A DNA stretch of 64,000 nucleotides from an uncultured Caulobacteraceae bacterium (GTDB lineage: Bacteria; Pseudomonadota; Alphaproteobacteria; Caulobacterales; Caulobacteraceae). Position 1 is the first letter of the stretch. Each line of letters opens with the position of its first letter. Positions 29,089 through 36,709 of the stretch are shown piece after piece. The notes beneath the pieces were generated by a model, which was given only the letters and a program-made list of their open reading frames with translations, did not search any database and was not told the origin of the DNA. The DNA lies in the NCBI GenBank assembly GCA_964242625.1, contig CAXTAO010000007.1, positions 7,484 to 71,483 on the forward strand, written 5' to 3'. The translations under genes were made by a program, and so were the position numbers.

Positions 29089-30364
29089 GGCGCCGGCCGG
29101 TCCGACCGACGCCGAGCGCCCTGAGGGAGACGGCGTCCCCCATGGCCCGGTAGCCCGCAACGGAGGGATGCAGGTGGTCTCCCGAGTCGTAGACCGGCCG
29201 CAGGCGGTCGGGGCGCCGGGGATCGCGCACCGCGCCATCGAAGTCGACCACCGCGTCGAAGCGGCCGGGCACGCGGATCCAGGCGTTGAAGGCGCGCCGG
29301 TCGGCCTCGGCGGCGGCTCCGGGGTGGTAGTAGGCCGAGCCGGCGAAGGGCGTCAGCGTGGCGCCGATCACCCGCAGGCCGTGCTCGCGCGCCCGCGAGA
29401 TCAGCTGGGCGTCGGCGGCGAAGAGGCGCTGCAGCAGTTCGGCGTGGGCCTGTGGGGGCGCGTCCGGCGCGGCGCGGCTCAGCGCGCCGATGTCGTTGAT
29501 CCCCTCCAGCAGGATGACGACCCGCACCGCACTCTGCGCCAGCACGTCGCGGTCGAAGCGCGCCACCGCGCTGGGTCCGAGACCGTCGATGAGGAGGTGG
29601 TTGCCGCCGATCCCCGCGTTGAGCACGCCGAGCGCGCGGCCGGACGCGTGCAGTCGCCTCGCCAGGTCGTCCGGCCAGCGGTCGTCGCCGTCGGTGGTGG
29701 CCCCGTGGCCGTCGGTGATCGAGTCGCCCAGGGCGACGAGGGCGGCGCGCGCCGGCCCCTGCACGTCGACGCCCGACACGAAGAACCAGTGCTCGATCCG
29801 ACCCGCCGTCGGCAGGTCCGCGTCGGCCACATGGTCGCCGTGGAGGAGGTAGCTCGTGGCGCGCGCGCCCGGGTGGCTCGTCTGCCCTTCGGGCGCGGAC
29901 GGGAGATAGAGGCTCAGGGCGAGATCGGCGCCGTCGCCGACGGGCAGGAGAACGGGATCCGACCACCAGTCGGCGCCGGCGGGTATCAGGACGTCGGCGC
30001 GGCCGTCGAAGCGCAGCTCATGGCCGGTGTTCGACCGGGTGGCGGGAGACCCCGCTCGCACGGCGAGCGCCAGACTCGCGTGGGCTACCCGAAGTGGCGC
30101 GCGTCCGAAGGCGTTGGACAGCCTGACGCGCACGCGATCGCCCCCGACCGAGAGGTGGACCACCTCCCGCAGGGTGGCGTCGGTGAGGTCCGCATCCCCC
30201 AGCGCGTTCTGCGGCTCGGGCGCCTGCTGGGCGGAGGCCCAGGACCCGACCCATCGGGCGCCGGGTCGTGGGTCGTGCGCAAAAGCCGGGGCGTGGAGCG
30301 CTAGCCACGCCGAAACGACGCCCGCCCCAACCCGAAGCGGCGATCTTCTTCTTCGCGGAACCAC
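28982..30364 (-). CDS. SGNH/GDSL-type hydrolase (esterase) with N-terminal beta-sandwich domain, secreted
   Basis: Signal peptide; GDSITDG block I; GIGGN block II; LEGINDIG block III; DxxH (GDHLHPS) block V. The Arg-rich C-terminal tail overlaps aguA by 107 nt (convergent). Confidence 0.85.
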   Translation of the reverse strand: MVPRRRRSPLRVGAGVVSAWLALHAPAFAHDPRPGARWVGSWASAQQAPEPQNALGDADLTDATLREVVHLSVGGDRVRVRLSNAFGRAPLRVAHASLALAVRAGSPATRSNTGHELRFDGRADVLIPAGADWWSDPVLLPVGDGADLALSLYLPSAPEGQTSHPGARATSYLLHGDHVADADLPTAGRIEHWFFVSGVDVQGPARAALVALGDSITDGHGATTDGDDRWPDDLARRLHASGRALGVLNAGIGGNHLLIDGLGPSAVARFDRDVLAQSAVRVVILLEGINDIGALSRAAPDAPPQAHAELLQRLFAADAQLISRAREHGLRVIGATLTPFAGSAYYHPGAAAEADRRAFNAWIRVPGRFDAVVDFDGAVRDPRRPDRLRPVYDSGDHLHPSVAGYRAMGDAVSLRALGVGRTGRRLSARRAGPAAAAFCTTRACGRARARRAAGDVRPRG

Positions 30365-30460
30365 GGCAGCGATTCTGTCAGACGGGCAGCGGCTTGTCTC
30401 CGCGGAAGGCGGGCCCCCTTCGACCTCGTCGCCCCCGAGTCGACCGGCGCTCGTCGCCGT

Positions 30461-31741
30461 TCACGGGAGCAGGAGGCGCGTTCCCAGGGCGAGCGCCAGG
30501 GCGACCGGCGTGACCACGGCGCCCACCTTGAGGAAGCGCCAGAAGCCAACCTCCTCGCCCTCGCGCCGGATCGCCGTGAGCCACAGGATGGTGGCGAGGG
30601 AGCCCGTGATCGACAGGTTGGGGCCGAGGTCCACGCCGATCAGGAGCGCGTCCACCACCTTCTGCGGCGCGTGCGCCTGCGAGATCGCGGTCGCGGCGAT
30701 CAGGCCGGCAGGCAGATTGTTCATGAGGTTGGAGGCCAGCGCCAGCGTCCCTCCGGCCAACGCCGCCGTTAAATCTGCCGAGCTGCGCGCCCCTTGAGCG
30801 AGCGTGCGCGCGAGCGCGCCCGTCAGGCCGGTGCGGTTCACCGCCTCGACCATGACGAACAGGCCCGCCACCAGCGGCAGCACCAGCCAGGAGACGTCCC
30901 GGACCGTCTCCCACGGACTCTCGCGCCGGGAGATCAGCACCACGGCGGTCGTGAGCACGCCCATGACGCACGTCGGCGCGCCCAGCGGCCGGTCCAGCGC
31001 GGAGACGACCAGGAGGGCCGCCGCGGTGAGGCCGATGCCGGCCAGGGCCGTCCAGCCGCCCCGCGAGAGCTTCGGCTGCTCGACGTCGCACTCGCAACTC
31101 GGCTCCAACCGTCGGCCCTCCACCCAGCGCAGCGCGACATAGGTCGCGACGATGGACACGAGCGAGGGCAGGGCGAAGCTCGCCAGCCATCGGCCGAGCG
31201 GCGGCGTGTGGTCGCCGTAGAGCACGAGGTTGGCCGGGTTGGAGATCGGCAGCACGAAGCTGGCCGCGTTGGCGATGAAGGCGCAGATGAAGAGGAAAGG
31301 CAGCGCCTCGACCTTCGCCTTCCTGGCCGCGGCGAACACGGCGGGGGTCAGCACCACGGCGGCGGCGTCGTTGGACAGGAAGGTGGTCACCACCACCCCC
31401 ACACCGTAGATCAAGAGGAACAGCCGCCTGGGCGAGCGCCCCGCACGGTTCACCGCCGCCGCGGCGACCCACTCGAACACGCCCTCGCGCCGCGCCGTCT
31501 CCGACAGCAGCATCATGCCTGTGAGGAAGAGGTAGACGTCCGCCCCCTTGCCGACGACGCGCAGGCCCTCGCTCCAGGGCAGGAGGCCGAGCGCCAGGAG
31601 GGCGAGCGCGCCCAGCACCGCCCAGACCGCCTCCGGCCACTTGAACGGGCGCACGATCACCCCGGCCGTCGCCGCGCCCGCGATGACCCAGATGGCGAGG
31701 TTGGCTGGCGTGGGCGTCATCGAGACGGCGGCCCCCGTCAT
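30461..31741 (-). CDS. ArsB/NhaD-superfamily permease (anion/citrate-type transporter)
   Basis: Polytopic membrane protein with FLSNDAAAVVLTP and NNLPAGLI motifs. The ATG at 31741 forms an ATGA overlap with the upstream MFS stop. The upstream part of the 931-aa track ORF is Arg/Gly-rich read-through. Confidence 0.8.
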   Translation of the reverse strand: MTGAAVSMTPTPANLAIWVIAGAATAGVIVRPFKWPEAVWAVLGALALLALGLLPWSEGLRVVGKGADVYLFLTGMMLLSETARREGVFEWVAAAAVNRAGRSPRRLFLLIYGVGVVVTTFLSNDAAAVVLTPAVFAAARKAKVEALPFLFICAFIANAASFVLPISNPANLVLYGDHTPPLGRWLASFALPSLVSIVATYVALRWVEGRRLEPSCECDVEQPKLSRGGWTALAGIGLTAAALLVVSALDRPLGAPTCVMGVLTTAVVLISRRESPWETVRDVSWLVLPLVAGLFVMVEAVNRTGLTGALARTLAQGARSSADLTAALAGGTLALASNLMNNLPAGLIAATAISQAHAPQKVVDALLIGVDLGPNLSITGSLATILWLTAIRREGEEVGFWRFLKVGAVVTPVALALALGTRLLLP

Positions 31742-33024
31742 GCGGAGGCAGGGGCGAGCGTCGGGCCACAGTCGTCGTCCGGCTGGGCGCAGGCCGGCCG
31801 CAGCACGGGCGCGGCGGCGAGCCACAAGGCCAGCGAGCCCAGCGCGAAGCTGCCAAGGATCAGGAAGGCGGCGTGGAAGCCGATCGCCTGGGCGATGGCC
31901 CCGCCGATCGCGGGGCTGAGCGCGGCGCCCACGCCCTGCACCGTCATCACCGCCCCCTGGCCCACGTTCACCCGGCCCGTGCCGCTGAGGATGCGCGCCA
32001 CGAGCCCCGGCACCGCCACGCTCTGCAGGCCCGCGCCGACGCCGTCGAGCGCCTGGACGGGCCAGACGCCCCAGCTCTCGATCACCGAGGAGGCGATCAC
32101 GCCCCGGATGGGCAGGGCGATGAAGGTGAGCAGCATCACGAGCCAATAGCCGCGCTTCTCCGCCAGGGTCATGGCCACGAGCGAGGCCGCGATCATCACG
32201 GCCTGGGCCACCACGATGGTCAGCGCCACGAACCCCGCCGGGTCGGCCTTGCCCGCCTTGACCACCGCCAGGCCGTAGAGCGGCAGCATGGCCCCGTTGC
32301 CCAGGTGGAACATGGCCAGCGCTGCGGCGAGGATCAGGAGCGGGCGGTTCCGTAGAAGGGTGCGCCAGCCCTCGGCCTTGCCCTTCGCCGGCTCGGCGCC
32401 CTCGTCCTCGCCCTCGTCGCGCTCCAGCCCCCGCGCCGCCTTGTCGTCGATGCAGTCTCGCGGGATCATGAGCACCGACGCGATGGACAGGAGCCCGAAG
32501 GCGGCCGCCAGGAGGAACACCGCCACGAAGCCGAACTTCCAGCCGAGGAAGCCCGACAGGCCCGCGCCCACCATGTTGCCCGCATGGTTGAAGGCCTGGT
32601 TGCGCCCGTTCTGCCGGTTGAAGCCGCGCTGGCGCACGATGCCGAGCGTCAGCCCCGTCACCGCCGGCCCGATCGCCGCGCCCGCGACAGCGGTGGCCAC
32701 CTGCGAGCCCGCGATCACCCAGAAGTTCTGCGAGACGAAGATCAGGGCGGACGCCAGGACGGTGAACACGCCGGAGACGATCACGTACGACCGCTTGCGC
32801 GTGGTGTGGTCGACGAGCGCGCCGGCGGGCGCCGTCACCGCCATTCCCGCCACGCCGCCCAGCGTCATCACCAGGCCGATCGGGCCCGCCGTCCACCCGC
32901 GCTGCTGCAGGAACACGCCCAGGAAGGGCCCGACCCCCGCCTGCATGTCCGCCATGAAGAAGTTGAGCGCCTGCAGCGGGCGGGTGGCGCGCGGCGGCGC
33001 GCGCCGGTCGAGGGCGGCGCTCAT
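31738..33024 (-). CDS. MFS transporter
   Basis: I prefer the internal ATG at 33024 (MSAALDRR...). About 12 predicted hydrophobic segments. The start overlaps the upstream stop (TGATG). Confidence 0.8.
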   Translation of the reverse strand: MSAALDRRAPPRATRPLQALNFFMADMQAGVGPFLGVFLQQRGWTAGPIGLVMTLGGVAGMAVTAPAGALVDHTTRKRSYVIVSGVFTVLASALIFVSQNFWVIAGSQVATAVAGAAIGPAVTGLTLGIVRQRGFNRQNGRNQAFNHAGNMVGAGLSGFLGWKFGFVAVFLLAAAFGLLSIASVLMIPRDCIDDKAARGLERDEGEDEGAEPAKGKAEGWRTLLRNRPLLILAAALAMFHLGNGAMLPLYGLAVVKAGKADPAGFVALTIVVAQAVMIAASLVAMTLAEKRGYWLVMLLTFIALPIRGVIASSVIESWGVWPVQALDGVGAGLQSVAVPGLVARILSGTGRVNVGQGAVMTVQGVGAALSPAIGGAIAQAIGFHAAFLILGSFALGSLALWLAAAPVLRPACAQPDDDCGPTLAPASA

Positions 33025-33479
33025 CACCTGGTCCCGTTCGCGTTGGGGCCGAGGCGGGCGCCCAACAGCCCGTGCGCCGGCCAGGCGCTGATGGAGGCGG
33101 AGTGGTCGCCGGGTCTCCCGCGGACGGGGGCGTCCTCGCGCCAGCCGCAGTCGATCTCGATCTGGTCGGCGTCGGCCGACCCGTCCTGCGCCGCGGTGAC
33201 GCGGAGCGCGTGGCGCCCCGATCGCAGAGCGGGGACGTCCGCGCACCAGACGCCAAGCTCGTCCGCCGCGGGCCGCATGGGGCGCGGCCGGTCGGCGTCG
33301 ACGGTCAGGGTGACGGGCGCGTCGTCCCGGGCGCCGAACACGCGGGCGCGCACGGTGAAGTCGCCGTCGGGCGTCTTTGCCGCCGGGCGCGTGACCAGCC
33401 GCCGGTCGGTCGGGCTCGTGATCATCGCCTGCAGCACGCCGCCCAAGAGGATGAACGGGGAAATCCAGGCCGTCCCCAT
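33024..33479 (-). CDS. Hypothetical membrane-anchored or secreted protein
   Basis: N-terminal hydrophobic segment WISPFILLGGVLQAMI followed by a probable beta-sandwich-like region (FTVRARVFG...VTLTVD...HALRVTA). First gene of a three-gene overlapping operon. I do not recognise a family. Confidence 0.5.
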   Translation of the reverse strand: MGTAWISPFILLGGVLQAMITSPTDRRLVTRPAAKTPDGDFTVRARVFGARDDAPVTLTVDADRPRPMRPAADELGVWCADVPALRSGRHALRVTAAQDGSADADQIEIDCGWREDAPVRGRPGDHSASISAWPAHGLLGARLGPNANGTR

Positions 33480-33627
33480 GCGCCGCCTCCCTCACAAGGC
33501 CGCACCAGGCCGTCGTTCACAGCTGAGCCCGCTAACACGCCGCGCCGACGTGCCGATCAAACGAGATGATGTCGTCTTGTAACGGCGACCCGCCCCGCGC
33601 GACGGCGGGACGGGTCGCGCCGCGCGA

Positions 33628-33975
33628 TCAGGCGGCGGGGGGCGGTGGCGGCGCGTCGCCCGGGCCGGGTCCGCCAGGACCTCGCGACCCGCGGAGGTCG
33701 GGCGGCCCCACGGCCGGTCCGCCGGGTGCGCCGGGGCAGGCGGCCACGGCGAGGCGCGGCGGCGGAGGCGGAGGTCCGCCGGGGCCGGGACCGAAGCCGC
33801 GCTCGGCGAAGCGGCGGGGCCCCGCGCGCTCTGCGCCCGGAGGCGGCGGCGGCGGCGGCGCGTCCGCCTGCGCGCCCGGAACGGGCGGCGGGGGAGGCGC
33901 GGGTTGCGCCAGGCAGGGGGTCGCGGCGACGGCGAGCGCGGCGGCGATGAAGAACGGGGAGGGGAGGTGTCTCAC
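33628..33975 (-). CDS. Small secreted proline/glycine-rich protein
   Basis: GTG at 33975 preceded by AAGGAGA. Signal peptide RHLPSPFFIAAALAVAATPCLA. The mature part is dominated by PPPPP and GPG runs. Confidence 0.5.
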   Translation of the reverse strand: MRHLPSPFFIAAALAVAATPCLAQPAPPPPPVPGAQADAPPPPPPPGAERAGPRRFAERGFGPGPGGPPPPPPRLAVAACPGAPGGPAVGPPDLRGSRGPGGPGPGDAPPPPPAA

Positions 33976-34170
33976 GGGTGGTCTCCTTGCGCCCTCTGGG
34001 AGCGACGGTGCGGAGACTCGGCGTCGCGGGTGTCGGCGGCGGGACGGGTTCGTCACCGAGCGTATCGCCGGCGTCCCGAGTTGTACCCATCCGGCGCGGA
34101 GGCGGCGGCGAGATACATTTCGACTAAAGGCCGCCCTGGCCTTCGCCCGATCTTCGGGCATGAGGGTGGG

Positions 34171-34896
34171 ATGGAGCCCCGCCCCCGCATCCTGGTCGTC
34201 GACGACGACCGCGACATCCGCACCCTCTTGGCCGAGCAGCTCGAAGGCTACGGCTTCGCCGCCCTGCCCGCGGAAGACGGGCGCGCCATGCGCCGCATGC
34301 TCGACCGGGAGGCCGTCGACCTCGTGGTGCTCGACCTCAACCTGCCGCGGGAGGACGGCCTGGCGCTGTGCCGCGACCTGCGCGCGCGCTCGTCGCTTCC
34401 TGTGATCATGCTCACCGCCCGGGGCGAGCCGATCGACCGCATCCTGGGCCTGGAGATGGGCGCGGACGACTACATGGCCAAGCCGTTCGAGCCGCGCGAG
34501 CTCGTGGCGCGCATCCGCAACGTGCTGCGCCGGCGCGCGGGCGCGCTCGACCCCGCCGAACCCGCGTCGCCCGTGCGCCGCGTCCGCTTCGCCGGGCGCG
34601 TGCTCGACCTGCAGCGCCGCCACGTGGAGACGCAGGACGGGCGCGTGCTGATGCTGTCCGGCGCGGAGTTCCGCTTCCTCAAGGCCATGACCGAGCGCCC
34701 GGACCACGTGTTCTCCCGCGAACAGCTGGCCCGCATCGGCGCGGGGCGGGAGGTGCAGGCGGTGGACCGCGCCGTCGACCTGCAGGTCAGCCGACTGCGC
34801 GCCAAGCTCGGCGACGACGCCCGCGCGCCCGAGCTGATCAAGACGGTGCGCAGCGAGGGCTACGTCTTGGCCGTGCCCGTCGAGCGCGAGCCGTGA
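34171..34896 (+). CDS. OmpR-family DNA-binding response regulator
   Basis: I prefer the internal ATG at 34171. RILVVDDDRDIRTLL...DLVVLDLNLPREDGL...IMLTARGE..DRI.GLE.GADDY..KPF. Winged-helix C-terminus (IKTVRSEGYVL). Confidence 0.92.
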   Translation: MEPRPRILVVDDDRDIRTLLAEQLEGYGFAALPAEDGRAMRRMLDREAVDLVVLDLNLPREDGLALCRDLRARSSLPVIMLTARGEPIDRILGLEMGADDYMAKPFEPRELVARIRNVLRRRAGALDPAEPASPVRRVRFAGRVLDLQRRHVETQDGRVLMLSGAEFRFLKAMTERPDHVFSREQLARIGAGREVQAVDRAVDLQVSRLRAKLGDDARAPELIKTVRSEGYVLAVPVEREP

Positions 34897-36317
34897 GCCT
34901 GCGCGACGCCGCGGGCTCGCTCGCTGCGCGCGTGTTCGCGCTCCTGTGCGTGGGCGTGGTGGGGGCGGCCGCGCTCGCCTTCACCGTGTCCGACCTGCAG
35001 CGGCGCGACGAGGAGCGGCGCGGGCGAGTGGAGCGGCTGGCGGACCGCGCCGCCGACCTCGCCGACGTCCTGCGGCGTGCGCCGGCGGACGCCCTGCCGG
35101 GGCCGCTCGGCGCCGGGCCGGAGGCCGCGCGGCTGGCCGACCCGCCGTCCGCGTCCGAGCCGCTCGACGCCGAGCTCACCGCGCGGTTGGCCGCGCGCCT
35201 CGGTACCGCCGCCGCGGCTCGCGCGACCGTGCCGTCGGCCGCCGTCTGCTCGCGGCCACCGCCACAGGACGCGCTGGACGGCGCGCGTCCGTCCCCGCCG
35301 CCTCCGCCGCCGGCGCCGCCTCCCCAGGAAGCCGCGACGCCGGGGCGGCTGCGAGCCCCTCCGCCCTCCCGACCCCAGTGCCGTCGCATCGCACTGACGC
35401 TCGCCTCCGGCCGACGCACGGCGATGATCCTGCCGGCCGGGCCGCCTCCGCCCAGACCGCAGCTCGCGCTGCTGGGGCCCTGGAGCCTGGCGGTCCTGGC
35501 CTCGGCGGCGGCGGCCCTGGCCTATGTGGTCGCGCGTCTCGCCACCGCCCCGGTGCGCCGGCTGGCCGCCGCCGCGGAGGCGCTCGGCGGCGACCTCCAT
35601 CGGCCGCCGCTCGCGGTGGCGGGCCCGACGGAGGTGCGCCAGGGCGCGCGCGCCTTCAACCGCATGCAGGCCCAGCTGAAACGTCGCGAGGCCGAGCGCA
35701 CGCACATGCTCGCCGCCATCACCCACGACCTGCAGACGCCGCTCACCCGCATGCGCCTGCGCGTAGAGGCGGTGGACGACCCCGCCCTGCGCGCCGCCCT
35801 CCTGGCCGACGGCGCCGCCATGCTGGACCTGATCCGCGCGGGGCTCGACCTGGCGCGCGCGGCGGCGGGGGGCGGCGGGCCGCCCGAGCGCCTCGACCTC
35901 GACTCGCTGCTGGACAGCCTGTGCGAGGACGCCGTCGCCGCCGGCGCGGACGTGTCGGTGGTCGAGCGGTGCGGCGCGGTGGTGCGCACCCGACCCGAAG
36001 CGCTGCGGCGCTGCGTGAGCAACCTCCTGGAGAACGCCCTCAAGCACGCTGGCGCAGCCGAGCTCGCCTGCCGTCGCCGGGGCGACGCCGTGGAGGTGGA
36101 GGTGCGCGACCGCGGACCGGGCGTTCCGCCCGACCGCCTGGCCGAGGTGCTGGAGCCCTTCGTGCGCCTGGAGACCTCCCGCTCCCGGGAGACGGGGGGC
36201 GTGGGGCTCGGGCTGACCATCGCCCGCCTCATGGCCGGCCACGCCGAGGGCGAGCTGACCCTGGCCAACCGCCCCGGCGGCGGCCTTTCCGCTGTGGTCC
36301 GGCTGGGCGGCGGCTGA
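34893..36317 (+). CDS. EnvZ-like sensor histidine kinase with a proline-rich periplasmic segment
   Basis: GTGA overlap with the regulator stop. Two TM segments, a HAMP-like region, H-box LAAITHDLQTPLTRMRLRVE, N/G boxes (NLLENALKH, GLGLTIA). Confidence 0.88.
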   Translation: MSLRDAAGSLAARVFALLCVGVVGAAALAFTVSDLQRRDEERRGRVERLADRAADLADVLRRAPADALPGPLGAGPEAARLADPPSASEPLDAELTARLAARLGTAAAARATVPSAAVCSRPPPQDALDGARPSPPPPPPAPPPQEAATPGRLRAPPPSRPQCRRIALTLASGRRTAMILPAGPPPPRPQLALLGPWSLAVLASAAAALAYVVARLATAPVRRLAAAAEALGGDLHRPPLAVAGPTEVRQGARAFNRMQAQLKRREAERTHMLAAITHDLQTPLTRMRLRVEAVDDPALRAALLADGAAMLDLIRAGLDLARAAAGGGGPPERLDLDSLLDSLCEDAVAAGADVSVVERCGAVVRTRPEALRRCVSNLLENALKHAGAAELACRRRGDAVEVEVRDRGPGVPPDRLAEVLEPFVRLETSRSRETGGVGLGLTIARLMAGHAEGELTLANRPGGGLSAVVRLGGG

Positions 36318-36393
36318 GCGGCATTGTCCGAGGCGGGGGGGAGAGCCGACGCCGCCATGGCGACCTCAGGGACGGCGACGTCCACTCGCCGGA

Positions 36394-36642
36394 TCAGGCG
36401 GTGTCGCGCAGCCTCGGTCGGGTCGGGAGCATGCGCATCAGCGCAGCGCGATCCAACAGCTGTACATTGCCCCGTTCGGTCATGATGAGGCCCTGGCGAC
36501 GCAACTGCTGGATCGTGCGGTTCAGGTGAACCGTGCTGAGACCCAGAAGGTCGCTCAGCAGCTCCTGAGTGAGGGGAAGCGGGAAGCCCTCCCGCTCCGC
36601 CGCCCCGACTTCGGCGAGGCGGACGCGGGCGCGAGCAGGCAC
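36394..36642 (-). pseudogene. Crp/Fnr-family remnant (C-terminal HTH only)
   Basis: The 82-aa ORF holds only FPLPLTQELLSDLLGLSTVHLNRTIQQLRRQGLI. No cNMP-binding domain. Its 5' side abuts the start of the divergent gene at 36710. Confidence 0.5.
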
Positions 36643-36709
36643 GCGTCGACGTCGGCCGCGGCGCGCCGCGGCCTTCTCCTGCGGCGCTTTCCCGTGTCAC
36701 ACTCCGGGC

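Noticed and set aside
30461-33256. The 931-aa ORF read as a single giant transporter fusion.
   Set aside because: Its N-terminal 500 aa are Arg/Gly/Pro-rich and lie out of frame over the MFS gene. A proper ATG at 31741 with an ATGA overlap gives a normal-length ArsB/NhaD-type permease.
33557-34405. ORFs 33566-34405 (+) and 33557-34090 (-) across the proline-rich region.
   Set aside because: Both are extremely low-complexity (Arg/Gly/Pro/Ala) alternative frames of the same G+C-rich repeat. Only the minus-strand frame that starts at 33975 has both an SD and a signal peptide.
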